64,000 nt of DNA, taken from Planctomycetaceae bacterium (GTDB lineage: Bacteria > Planctomycetota > Planctomycetia > Planctomycetales > Planctomycetaceae). Made by a program: the position numbers and the translations under genes. The notes beneath the pieces are model-generated. The model saw only the letters and a list, made by a program, of their open reading frames with translations, was not told the origin of the DNA and searched no databases. The stretch covers positions 37,601-101,600 of the forward strand of contig JAXMBS010000010.1 of NCBI GenBank assembly GCA_046349775.1. The letters are read 5' to 3'. Every line of letters starts with the position of its first letter. Position 1 is the stretch's first letter. This document shows, piece after piece, positions 28,614-37,692 of the stretch.

Positions 28614-29240
28614 TCACGGCGTGCGGTTGATCAGCGACATGGCCTCGGCGCGGCTCGACTGGTTCGACTTGAACAAGCCGCGGACGGCGCTGGTGACCGT
28701 CAGGCTTCCCGGCTTGGTGATGCCGCGGATCGTCATGCAGGTATGTGTTGCCTCGAGCACGACGATCACGCCCTTCGCGTCGAGCTCCTTATGCATCAGG
28801 TCGGCGATGTCGTGCGTCATCCGCTCCTGCACCTGCGGCCGCTTGCTGATCTCCTCCACGACCCGCGCCAGCTTGCTGAGGCCGACGACCTTCCCTTTCG
28901 GCAGATAGCCGACGTGGGCCACACCCATGAACGGCAGCAGGTGGTGCTCGCACATGCTGTTGAAACTGATGTCGCGGACGAGCACGAGCTCGTCGTACGT
29001 CTCCTCAAAGACTTTGCGCAGATGACGCGACGGATCGGCGTTCAGCCCGCCGAACAGCTCGGCATACATCCGCGCCACGCGCGCCGGAGTCTCGACGAGG
29101 CTGGACCGGTCGGGGTTTTCGCCGATGGCGGCGAGAATTTCGCGAACGGCACGCTCGATGCGGGGCAGATCAACCTTGCCCGCCGGCTGCGCAACGTCGC
29201 GGCTGGCTGCGCCGGTCACTTCGGGAGACGAGACGTCCAT
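28614..29240 (-). CDS. folE: GTP cyclohydrolase I
   Basis: [20 protein letters not shown] and [10 protein letters not shown] are canonical FolE motifs. Confidence 0.9.
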   Translation of the reverse strand: MDVSSPEVTGAASRDVAQPAGKVDLPRIERAVREILAAIGENPDRSSLVETPARVARMYAELFGGLNADPSRHLRKVFEETYDELVLVRDISFNSMCEHHLLPFMGVAHVGYLPKGKVVGLSKLARVVEEISKRPQVQERMTHDIADLMHKELDAKGVIVVLEATHTCMTIRGITKPGSLTVTSAVRGLFKSNQSSRAEAMSLINRTP

Positions 29241-29349
29241 CGCTGTGATACTTCGAGGCAGAAATCAACGGTTTTCCAAACCCCGATAATATGCCCCGCC
29301 GCACGCCGGGCAAAGCGACCCAGCGCATCAATTCCCGAATTGCGCGCTC

Positions 29350-29385
29350 GGAAGGAGAGGCTCCCGGAGCGCCGCTCGTGTGCCA
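29350..29385. repeat. GAGGCTCCCGGAGCGCCGCTCGTGTGC variant of the GGGCGAGGCTCC motif, copy 3 of 4. Shares the GCTCGTGTGC tail with copy 4.
   Basis: Direct comparison with 43723-43760. Confidence 0.45.
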
Positions 29386-29561
29386 ACGCATCAACAAAGT
29401 AGAGTTCCGTCAAACGGAATTGCTCTCAGAGCAAGGCACTTCGAGTTCCCGGTACCAGAGCAGTACGTCACCGCTCTGCGCTTGCAGAAGAATGCGCCAC
29501 GCGCCAGACTGCGACCCGACTTTGACGACGGACCGGCTGAAGCCGGTCACTACGATCGACT

Positions 29562-29951
29562 GTGAGACCGCGCATGCCAACCCCTGAAGAATCCCTCCTC
29601 GACGCCAGCCGCCAGCTCCTGAAATCCATCGACGCGGGCGACTGGAAGGCGTATGCCGCATTGTGTGATACGTCCCTGACCTGCTTCGAGCCGGAAGCGG
29701 AGGGGCACCTTGTAGAAGGCCTGCCATTCCACAAGTTCTACTTTGACCTGCCGCCGTCAAAGACGCCGCGGCTGTCGTCGATCAGTTCGCCGCACGTGCG
29801 GATCGTCGGCGACGTCGGCATCGTGTGCTACGTGCGGCTGGTGCAGAAGCTCGACGCCGGCGGAGCGCCGATCACCGCGACGGTGAGTGAAACGCGCGTC
29901 TGGCGCCGCGAGGGCAAGGGCTGGAAGCATATCCACTTCCACCGCTCATGA
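29562..29951 (+). CDS. NTF2-like (SnoaL/DUF4440-type) small protein
   Basis: About 125 aa. W/Y/F-rich pattern typical of the NTF2 fold (DWKAYAALCD ... VRIVGDVGIVCY ... RVWRREGKGWKHIHFH). Confidence 0.55.
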   Translation: MRPRMPTPEESLLDASRQLLKSIDAGDWKAYAALCDTSLTCFEPEAEGHLVEGLPFHKFYFDLPPSKTPRLSSISSPHVRIVGDVGIVCYVRLVQKLDAGGAPITATVSETRVWRREGKGWKHIHFHRS

Positions 29952-30049
29952 AAGGGTTGATGGTTTATCGTTGATGGTTGATCGACATGTTCTCGACTTT
30001 GCAGCCTGACTGCTGTCGATAAACCATAAACCATCGACAATAAACCCCC
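29951..30049. terminator. Long AT-rich imperfect palindrome between convergent genes (TTGATGGTTTATCGTTGATGGTTGATCGACA ... TGTCGATAAACCATAAACCATCGACAA)
   Basis: The inverted-repeat arms are directly visible. Positioned between the stop codons of convergent genes, so a bidirectional terminator role is plausible. Confidence 0.5.
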
Positions 30050-30700
30050 TCAAAACACTCCCGGCAGCAGCCGCCAGCGGACGCGGCCGGCGAATTCACG
30101 ATAGGCCGGATCCTGCAGCAGGAACCGCTCTTCGGCGATCAGCCGCAGCACCCACAGCGCGACAGCAGCGGCATACACGCCGATGTTGTACGCCGTCGGA
30201 TGGCTGATCACGTAGCCGAGGAATGCCACGACGTAGCTGCAGTACAGCGGGTGGCGGATCCAGCGGTACAGGCCGCCGGTTTTGATCCCGCGATTGGCCG
30301 GGACCATGCCGATGCTGCGGTTGAGCGACAGCATCGCGAGGACTTGCAGCGCCAGTCCGCCAATCTGCAGTGCCTGTCCGACGAGCACGTCGTGTCCCTG
30401 CACGTCCGGTCGGAAGAACACGATGGCATAGGTGCCCGCGATCCCAATCAGCCAGTCGTATAGCGAAAAGCTCGTGTCTTTCGGCAGCCGGCGAATCAAA
30501 TAGAACACGACGTCGGTGGAGACCTTGGCCAGCAGCAATAGCGTACTGAGCCGGAAGTCCGCCAGCACGGCTTCTCCCTGCTTGACTGCAAACTGCAGGA
30601 ACAGCAGCGACAGCACGACGTTGCAGGCGATCTCCCAGATCAGCCGGCCGCCGACGAGGGACCGCGGCTGGGACGACATCGTCGGAGCGGGGGAGGACAT
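30050..30700 (-). CDS. Isoprenylcysteine carboxyl methyltransferase (ICMT/PEMT) family membrane methyltransferase
   Basis: RHPLYCSYVVAFLGYVI matches the RHPxY...G signature of the ICMT/phospholipid methyltransferase family. 5-6 TM segments. Confidence 0.7.
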   Translation of the reverse strand: MSSPAPTMSSQPRSLVGGRLIWEIACNVVLSLLFLQFAVKQGEAVLADFRLSTLLLLAKVSTDVVFYLIRRLPKDTSFSLYDWLIGIAGTYAIVFFRPDVQGHDVLVGQALQIGGLALQVLAMLSLNRSIGMVPANRGIKTGGLYRWIRHPLYCSYVVAFLGYVISHPTAYNIGVYAAAVALWVLRLIAEERFLLQDPAYREFAGRVRWRLLPGVF

Positions 30701-30737
30701 CGCGCGGGTCGAGGGCTGAGGGTCGAGGGCTAAGGGC

Positions 30738-30766
30738 GAATGTCAGAATGACCAAATGTCGAATGA
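30738..30766 (+). promoter_or_regulatory. GAATG-periodic array (GAATGTCAGAATGACCAAATGTCGAATGA), copy A, 35-70 nt upstream of the ICMT-family gene
   Basis: Four GAATG/AAATG half-sites at about 8-nt spacing. The 21-mer GAATGACCAAATGTCGAATGA is identical to the reverse complement of 51962-51982. Confidence 0.45.
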
Positions 30767-31098
30767 CGCCGGGTGAACGTCTCGTCCGACATTCAGACGC
30801 TTGATCTGTCATTGTGAAGTTACGCCGTCGATTTGGACCCGTGGTCGATTTCGGCCGCGAAACGCGACTCAGCCAACCGATCGTGTTGCCTTTCTGCACG
30901 TGCGCTGTGCCTTCGGCCGATTCGGCACGACCGGCACAATCGGCGCGCTCCAGCCCGCTGTTGTGATTTGGCAACAGCGCCGCACAGTCCGTCGTTGGCC
31001 GTGGGGTCTCCCGCGACCTAGGTTTCCGCAGCGGATCAAGCGGCACGCACTTTGTGCGCCCGGCATTCTCGGTCCGCAGGCATTTGGGAGACGATTTC

Positions 31099-31290
31099 AT
31101 GTTGCCATTTCAGCTTTCGTTGCTGGCGTACATCGGCCCGGAGACCGCGCTGCCGGTGGCGTCTGCTCTGGCCGCCATCGCCGGCGTCTGCCTGACGTTC
31201 TGGCGTTACATCCGCATGCTGCTGTCGCGCTGCTGGCGTTTCGTCACGCGGCGCGGCGCAGAATCGCCAGAATTACCGTTGAAGCAATGA
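31099..31290 (+). CDS. Possible small membrane protein (64 aa) upstream of the phosphodiesterase genes
   Basis: Single clear hydrophobic helix LLAYIGPETALPVASALAAIAGVCLTFW followed by a basic tail. No homology recognised. Low confidence. Confidence 0.25.
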   Translation: MLPFQLSLLAYIGPETALPVASALAAIAGVCLTFWRYIRMLLSRCWRFVTRRGAESPELPLKQ

Positions 31291-31307
31291 GAAAATGCGC
31301 AAAGTCG

Positions 31308-31355
31308 AATGCCTCAATGAACTCATTCGACATTTGCACATTCCTACATTCTCCA
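31308..31355 (-). promoter_or_regulatory. GAATG-periodic array, copy B (reverse-complement GGAGAATGTAGGAATGTGCAAATGTCGAATGAG), 20-65 nt upstream of phosphodiesterase gene 1
   Basis: About 80 percent identical to copy C over 48 nt. Has the same orientation relative to its downstream gene as copy A has to the ICMT gene. Confidence 0.45.
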
Positions 31356-31372
31356 CTTGCCCCTCGACCCAC

Positions 31373-33199
31373 ATGCCCCCGTGCCGCCAGGTCGTGATCC
31401 TCGGCTTCGACGGTCTTGAGCCGTCGCTGGTGGAGTCGCTGCTTGCCGCGGGGCAATTGCCGCACTTCGCGGAATTGCGCAGCCGGGGTGGCATGGCGCG
31501 CGTCGCCACGACGACGCCGGCACAAACGCCGGTCGCCTGGTCGACCTTCGCCACGGGCGTGAATCCGGGACGGCACGGGATCTTCGATTTCCTGCGGCGC
31601 AACCCGGGGACGTACCTGCCCGAACTGGGACTGACCCGCTACGAGCAGAAAAACGCATTTGTACCGCCGAAGGCCGTCAATCAGCGCCGCGGCCGGACTG
31701 TGTGGGAGCACCTGTCCGACGCCGACATTCCGTCAGTGGTGATCCGCTGCCCCTGCATGTACCCGCCGGCGCCGATCAAGGGGCGCGTCTTGTGCGGCAT
31801 GGGTGTGCCCGATCTCCGGGGCGGCCTTGGCACGCCGACGTTCTTTACGACGGATGACACGACGCAGCCGCTGGAGAGCGAGAACGTCGTGCGACTCAGG
31901 CCCACCGGTACAGACTCGTTCGTAGGTCTCTTGCCCGGTCCCCACAATCCCCGCAAAGGGGGCTCCTTTGAGTGCGAGCTGACGTTTCACGTGAAACGCA
32001 CCGAGCAAGAGGTCACGGTCCATTCCTCGGGAACGCCCGCGCAGCTCTCCAGTCCACTCGGCGGCTGGAGCAACTGGCTCCATCTCTCGTTCAAGACCGG
32101 CCTGATGCAGACGGTGCGCGGCATGGTGCGGCTGCACGTCCGCCGACTGACGCCGCACGTGGAGATTTACGCATCGCCCGTGAACTTTGACTCCGCCGCG
32201 CCGACGTTCCCCATCAGCGCCCCGGCCACTTATGCGACCGAAATCGAGGCGCAACTCGGCACGTATTACACAACGGGCATGGTCGAAGACCACACCGGCC
32301 TCGGAAACGGCAGGATCGACGAACACACCTTCCTTGCCCAGTGCGACGACGTCTATCGCGAACGGGAAGCGATGCTGCTGTGGGAACTCGAACGGCAGAC
32401 CTCGGGCTGTCTGTTCTGTCTGTTCGACACGCCCGACCGCGTGCAGCACATGTTCTGGAAGCACCACGCTGCGGCCGACGGAGAGTATCGCGACGTCGTC
32501 GCCGCGCAGTACCGCCGCTGCGACGCCACGATCGGCAAGGTTCTGGAACGCGTCGGTCCCGACACGCTCGTCATCGCGCTGTCGGATCACGGTTTCGGCA
32601 GTTTCCATCGCGGCGTGAACCTCAACTCCTGGCTGCACGGGCAGGGCTTGCTGGCGTACAAGCCGGGAACCGGCGACGAACCTGGCCGCGAGTTCTTCCA
32701 CGATGTGGACTGGTCGAAGACTCAGGCCTATGCCGTCGGTCTTGGCGGCATTTATTTGAATCGTGCCGGCCGCGAACGAAACGGGATCGTCTCCGACACC
32801 GACGCCGCTCCGCTGGCCCGGCAGATTGCCAATCGCATCGCCGGTCTGGTCGACGGGGCACGGCAGTCCGTCGCCGTACGCCGCGCCCGAGTTCGCGACG
32901 ACGTTTACACGGGCGACATGGCCGGAGAAGCACCGGATGTTCTGGTCGACTTCTCCGCCGGGTATCGCGCGTCGTGGCGAACAGCACTTGGCGGGGCAGC
33001 GGCAGATGTCATGGAAGACAACACCCGCGCGTGGGCCGGCGATCACATCGTCGATCCCGAACTGGTCCCCGGCGTATTGCTGATGAATCAGCCGTTTTGC
33101 GGCGACGGCGCCCGGCTGCTCGACATGGCGCCGACGGTGGTCAACGCACTGGGACTGCCACCGCAGCCCGCCTTCGAAGGAGCGTCGCTGCTCCCATGA
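31373..33199 (+). CDS. Alkaline-phosphatase-superfamily type I phosphodiesterase / nucleotide pyrophosphatase family protein (paralog 1)
   Basis: VVILGFDGLEP ... TTPAQTPVAWSTFATGVNPGRHGIFDF metal-site pattern of PF01663. The start is set at MPPCRQ. Confidence 0.75.
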   Translation: MPPCRQVVILGFDGLEPSLVESLLAAGQLPHFAELRSRGGMARVATTTPAQTPVAWSTFATGVNPGRHGIFDFLRRNPGTYLPELGLTRYEQKNAFVPPKAVNQRRGRTVWEHLSDADIPSVVIRCPCMYPPAPIKGRVLCGMGVPDLRGGLGTPTFFTTDDTTQPLESENVVRLRPTGTDSFVGLLPGPHNPRKGGSFECELTFHVKRTEQEVTVHSSGTPAQLSSPLGGWSNWLHLSFKTGLMQTVRGMVRLHVRRLTPHVEIYASPVNFDSAAPTFPISAPATYATEIEAQLGTYYTTGMVEDHTGLGNGRIDEHTFLAQCDDVYREREAMLLWELERQTSGCLFCLFDTPDRVQHMFWKHHAAADGEYRDVVAAQYRRCDATIGKVLERVGPDTLVIALSDHGFGSFHRGVNLNSWLHGQGLLAYKPGTGDEPGREFFHDVDWSKTQAYAVGLGGIYLNRAGRERNGIVSDTDAAPLARQIANRIAGLVDGARQSVAVRRARVRDDVYTGDMAGEAPDVLVDFSAGYRASWRTALGGAAADVMEDNTRAWAGDHIVDPELVPGVLLMNQPFCGDGARLLDMAPTVVNALGLPPQPAFEGASLLP

Positions 33200-34659
33200 G
33201 AATCCTCGTCATTGGACTCGATGCGGCAGTCCCCGAACTGCTCCTGCAGGATCCGGAGCTGGTGAACCTGCGCCGGCTGATGGAGGCCGGTTGCTTCGGT
33301 TCGCTGGAAAGTATCGTCCCGCCGATCACCGTTCCCGCTTGGATGTGCATGGCGACGAGCCAGGACCCCGGTTCGCTGGGAGTCTACGGCTTCCGCAATC
33401 GTCGCGACCACTCCTACGACGGGCTGGAAACGGTCAATTCGCGATCGATTCGCGCAGTGTCGCTGTGGGATCAGATCGCCATGGAAGGCAAGCGGGCGAC
33501 GATCGTCGGGGTGCCGCCGAATTTCCCGCCGCGAAAGACCAGCGGCGTTTCGGTCGGGTGCTTCCTGACGCCCGACTCACAGACGCAGGTGTTTACGTTC
33601 CCCGAGCGATACAGCGACGAGATTCGCGAACTTGTCGGCCAGTATCCGGTGGACGTGAAAGGCTTCCGCACCGAGAACAAGGCCTGGCTGCACGACGAAA
33701 TTCGCCAGATGACGACGAAGCACTTCGCCGTCGTGCGGCATTTGCTCACGAACACCGAGTGGGACTACTTCCATTTCGTCGAAATTGGCCTCGACCGGAT
33801 TCAGCACGGGTTCTGGAAACACCACGACCCGCTGCACCGACAGCATCCGGCCGGTTCCCCCTTCGAGAGCGTGATCCGCGATTACTACCGGCAGCTCGAC
33901 GAGGAAATCGGCTCGATTCTGGAACTGCTCGACGAAGAGACGGCCGTGCTGGTCGTGTCCGATCACGGCGCCCGGCGGCTCGACGGCGGCTTCTGCGTCA
34001 ACGAATGGCTGATCCGCGAAAATGAACTGGCGCTGCACTCCTACCCGGACAAGGTTACACCGTTCGCCCAACTCGACGTGGACTGGAGCCGCACGCGGGT
34101 CTGGAGCGAAGGGGGCTACTATGCCCGCGTGTTCCTGAACGTCAAGGGGCGCGAGCCGCAGGGGACCATCGAGCCGCGCGACTACGAAAAAGTTCGCGAC
34201 GACATCAAATCGCGTCTGGAAGCGACCCTGGACGACGAGGGGCGCCCGCTCGGCACGGTCGTGTTCCGGCCAGAAGAGGTGTATCGGGATGTTCGTAACG
34301 TCGCGCCCGATCTGATCGTCCACTTCGGCGGACTCGCGTGGCGGTCGATCGGCGGCGTTGGCTACCCCGAGCTGCACATTCAGGAAAACGACACCGGTCC
34401 GGACGACTGCAATCACTCGCAGTTCGGGGCCTTCGTGCTGGCAGCGCCGGGTTGTCCGCTGCTGGGCGAGATTTCGAACGCACACCTGCTCGACATCGCG
34501 CCGACGCTACTGACGCTCGGCGGCTACGACGTGCCGTCAACGATGCAGGGAACGTCGCTGCTGTCGAAAGAGAGCGGGCTGGCGGCCGTCGGCGCCGGGT
34601 ACTCGGAGGACGATGAAGCCATCGTCCGCAGCCGGCTGGCCGGCCTGGGCTATATCTGA
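33196..34659 (+). CDS. Alkaline-phosphatase-superfamily type I phosphodiesterase family protein (paralog 2)
   Basis: Start overlaps the stop of paralog 1 (ATGA). MRILVIGLDAAVP ... ITVPAWMCMATSQDPGSLGVYGF ... VVSDHGAR match the same family. Confidence 0.75.
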   Translation: MRILVIGLDAAVPELLLQDPELVNLRRLMEAGCFGSLESIVPPITVPAWMCMATSQDPGSLGVYGFRNRRDHSYDGLETVNSRSIRAVSLWDQIAMEGKRATIVGVPPNFPPRKTSGVSVGCFLTPDSQTQVFTFPERYSDEIRELVGQYPVDVKGFRTENKAWLHDEIRQMTTKHFAVVRHLLTNTEWDYFHFVEIGLDRIQHGFWKHHDPLHRQHPAGSPFESVIRDYYRQLDEEIGSILELLDEETAVLVVSDHGARRLDGGFCVNEWLIRENELALHSYPDKVTPFAQLDVDWSRTRVWSEGGYYARVFLNVKGREPQGTIEPRDYEKVRDDIKSRLEATLDDEGRPLGTVVFRPEEVYRDVRNVAPDLIVHFGGLAWRSIGGVGYPELHIQENDTGPDDCNHSQFGAFVLAAPGCPLLGEISNAHLLDIAPTLLTLGGYDVPSTMQGTSLLSKESGLAAVGAGYSEDDEAIVRSRLAGLGYI

Positions 34660-34709
34660 GCCGAGGATGCGGGCGTCAGGGCTGTACATCTTCAAATGAG
34701 ATCGAGTGC

Positions 34710-36635
34710 ATGGCCGTAGGAACCGTCCAGAGCGTTGATCCACTGCACGAAGCAGCGGCGCGGGTCGTGCTGGCTGGCGAAAGGCCGTCGAGCGCGAAGC
34801 GCCGCGGTTGCCAGTGGTGCGTACGCGACGTCGTCTGGCTGTCGGCGTGCTGCGGCCTGGCTGCCGGCTTCATCGAGTCGCTGTACTGGTTCGTGACACG
34901 CTTCGTGCTGGGGGAGTTCACGTACGTCCACGACGACGTGTTCTGGATGGCGCCGGTCGCATACCTGGTGTTGTTCCTGGTGATTGGACTGCCCGTCAGT
35001 TGGCTGATGCGCCGGGTTGGCCAGCCAGCAGCCGGGACGGCAGCAATCATCGTGCTGACGATGGCGGGGAGCCTGTGTGCGCTATCGCTATTTCCTCAAG
35101 TGCACCTGGCCGCACAGTTGCTTCTGACGCTGGGGGCCGCGACGCAATTCGCCCGCTGGAGTGAACAGCATCCGCACCATGCCCGCTGGATCGTTCGTCG
35201 CGCGGCTGCGTTGCTCGGCCTGGCGACGGTCGTCGTGGCGATCGGCCAGGTGGGACAACGGATGTACGTGGAACATGTGCGGCTGCCCGCACTCCCCGCA
35301 GCGGCCAAACAGGCGCCGAACGTCCTGCTGGTTGTCCTTGATACGGTCCGCGCCGATGCCCTCGGCGCGTACGGGGCGACCGGCGATGCGACTCCCCGGC
35401 TCGATGCTCTTGCTCGTCGTGGCGTCCTGTTCGAGCAGGCGACCAGCACGGCGTCATGGACGCTGCCGGCCACGGCATCGCTGATGACGGGCCGACTCCC
35501 GAGCGAACTGTCCGCCGACTGGCTCAAGCCACTCGACGCACAGCAGTACGCACTGGCCGAACTGATGCGGGACAACGGCTACGCCACGGCGGGTTTCGTC
35601 GGCAACTACAAGTACGCAACCGCCGAAACCGGGCTGGCACGTGGTTTTGCGCATTACGATGCGCATTCACACTCGCTGCGCGAGCTTGTGGCCTGCACCG
35701 CCGTCGGCCGAGCGCTGTTTTTCAGCCGTGCACTCCCGAACCTCGGTTGTTATTGCGATCCCGTCCGGCGCACCGCCCGGGAAGTCAATAATCGCTATCT
35801 GGCCTGGGCGGACGCTCATCGGGAGCAACCGCAGTTCGCGTTCATCAATTACCTCGACGTGCACGACCCGTATGCCGCACCGGCTCCCTATGACACGCAC
35901 GCACCGTCCGATGCAGGCGAGCGTTCCTTACTGCGGTTCTGGTGGTTCCTGCAACGCGACACGTTGACGTCCGATGAAGCGGCACTGGCCCGCAATGCCT
36001 ACGACGACTGTCTGCGGTATCTCGACGACGAGATCGGTCGACTGCTCGGTGAGCTGGACGCTCGCAACGTGTTGAAAAACACGGTGGTGATCATCACGGC
36101 CGACCACGGCGAACACTTCGGTGAACACAACCTGTGGCTGCATGGCAATAGCCTGTATCAGCCGCTGGTGCATGTTCCGCTGATGGTGATCGCACCGGGA
36201 CGGGTTCCTGAAGGCCGGCGTATCGCGGCGCCGGTTTCCACGGCCGATATCGCGGCCACACTGCAGGACGTCCTGGGACTCCGCTCCGGCGCCATGCCGG
36301 GCCGCTCTCTCGCTGCGCTCTGGAACGGGACGGAGAGCGAACCCCGACCGGTGATTTCCGAAGTCCTCACGCCCCCGATTACGCCACCGTGCCAGGGGGC
36401 ATCGCCGATTTTCCGCGGCTCGATGCGCTCGGTGCGTCTGGGCGATCTGAAGCTGATTTGTAATGAGGACAGCGGCGAAGAGCTGTTTGATCTGGCGACC
36501 GATCCGTCCGAGTCGCAGAATCTGGCGGCGCTGCCGGAGCGGCAGGCTGACGTCGAGCGCCTCCGGTCCCTGTTCAAAGCGCCACAGTCGACTGAAGTCG
36601 AGTCCGACCCGGCGCGGCTGACCGCTGATCGCTGA
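34710..36635 (+). CDS. Membrane-anchored sulfatase-fold hydrolase/transferase (LtaS/EptA-like: N-terminal TM bundle + alkaline-phosphatase-superfamily domain)
   Basis: About 5 N-terminal TM helices, then NVLLVVLDTVRADALGAYG and TADHGEHFGEH sulfatase-fold motifs. The formylglycine C/S-x-P-x-R position reads TLPATASLMTGR (Thr, no Arg). Confidence 0.7.
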   Translation: MAVGTVQSVDPLHEAAARVVLAGERPSSAKRRGCQWCVRDVVWLSACCGLAAGFIESLYWFVTRFVLGEFTYVHDDVFWMAPVAYLVLFLVIGLPVSWLMRRVGQPAAGTAAIIVLTMAGSLCALSLFPQVHLAAQLLLTLGAATQFARWSEQHPHHARWIVRRAAALLGLATVVVAIGQVGQRMYVEHVRLPALPAAAKQAPNVLLVVLDTVRADALGAYGATGDATPRLDALARRGVLFEQATSTASWTLPATASLMTGRLPSELSADWLKPLDAQQYALAELMRDNGYATAGFVGNYKYATAETGLARGFAHYDAHSHSLRELVACTAVGRALFFSRALPNLGCYCDPVRRTAREVNNRYLAWADAHREQPQFAFINYLDVHDPYAAPAPYDTHAPSDAGERSLLRFWWFLQRDTLTSDEAALARNAYDDCLRYLDDEIGRLLGELDARNVLKNTVVIITADHGEHFGEHNLWLHGNSLYQPLVHVPLMVIAPGRVPEGRRIAAPVSTADIAATLQDVLGLRSGAMPGRSLAALWNGTESEPRPVISEVLTPPITPPCQGASPIFRGSMRSVRLGDLKLICNEDSGEELFDLATDPSESQNLAALPERQADVERLRSLFKAPQSTEVESDPARLTADR

Positions 36636-36965
36636 CCGCTATTTGCAACTTGTGCACGCACACAATGTAGTTCGTGCCATTCGCGTAGTCGGCAGGCGGC
36701 CCGATGCCGAGTTTTGCGTCTCACTCTGATGGCGCGATTCATCAGACCCGCGACAGCCTTCCGTGCGGACTCTTCCGCACCGGCAGTTTGTGCCGACCGC
36801 AAGTGACGTCTGCGCGGCATTTCGCAAATCGGCACACCGTTCGCATTTCCTGCTCTCACACTTCACGCGAACGGGTCCACCCAAGAGTGCCGCACGCCGC
36901 GGTGCATGACGACGACACGCCCGATCGCAACCAAGGGACTGCACCAATCAATCAGGAGAGTCGCC

Positions 36966-37523
36966 ATGTTGCGACATATCACTTTTGCTGCTGCTGTGAC
37001 GATGTTGGCTTGTAGTGTGGCTTCCGCTCAGTATCCCGTCGCCCCGTTCGGGAGTTACAGCGGATATCGACTCTCTCCGGTGGCGGCCACGACCTCGCCG
37101 TACTACGGAGCGGGATACAACTACGGAACCGGATACAACGGAATCCGTGCAGGGGGCTGCGTCGGCGGGAACTGTCCGACGGGGAATTGCGCGACCGGCA
37201 ATTGCCGGACGGGCAACTGCGCCGGTGGCGTCTGTCGGACCGGCAACTGCCCGAATGGAAACTGCGGTAGCAGCGGGATGGTTTGCGGTCCGAACGGCTG
37301 CTACTCGACCGGGAATTCCCGCATCCCGGTGACTGGTCAGTGGCGGAACGGCATGTGGGTGCCAAACACTGCGTATCGGCCGGTGTACAATCCCTCGGTG
37401 TACGACCCTTCCGTGTACCGGGATCGTAACCTGCCGGTGACAGGCGGCATCCGCTGGTTTCCGTCGGTGACTGGTGCGGTCAATCCGTACAATACCTACA
37501 CGGGGCCGGGCGTTCTGTACTAA
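36966..37523 (+). CDS. Secreted Cys-rich repeat protein (GNCxTGNC hexad repeats; Gly/Tyr/Asn-rich N-terminal region, Tyr/Pro-rich C-terminal region)
   Basis: CAGGAGAG ribosome-binding site before the ATG at 36966. Signal peptide MLRHITFAAAVTMLACSVASA. GNCPTGNCATGNCRTGNCAGGVCRTGNCPNGNCG repeat block. A strong terminator follows. Confidence 0.65.
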   Translation: MLRHITFAAAVTMLACSVASAQYPVAPFGSYSGYRLSPVAATTSPYYGAGYNYGTGYNGIRAGGCVGGNCPTGNCATGNCRTGNCAGGVCRTGNCPNGNCGSSGMVCGPNGCYSTGNSRIPVTGQWRNGMWVPNTAYRPVYNPSVYDPSVYRDRNLPVTGGIRWFPSVTGAVNPYNTYTGPGVLY

Positions 37524-37541
37524 GTCACATCAGACTCTCAG

Positions 37542-37579
37542 CGTCCCGGGCGCACTTCTGCGTCCGGGACGTTTTTTTG
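37542..37579 (+). terminator. Rho-independent terminator (12-bp GC stem GTCCCGGGCGCA/TGCGTCCGGGAC, CTTC loop, T7 tail)
   Basis: Read directly from the sequence, immediately after the stop codon of the Cys-rich gene. Confidence 0.75.
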
Positions 37580-37692
37580 TTGCGCTGCGACAAGATTGGA
37601 ATCGCTGCGAAGGCCGGTGGTCGAAGCGGTCGACCGTCACTACAATTCCGCGTCCTGCTGACAAGACCGCCCGCACACAAGGATCGTGAATC

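Noticed and set aside
32341-34659. ORF-track model of a 772-aa protein starting at 32341
   Set aside because: The first 285 codons overlap phosphodiesterase paralog 1 in another frame and are Arg-rich nonsense. The family-typical N-terminus MRILVIGLDAAVP begins at 33196 with ATGA coupling to the upstream stop.
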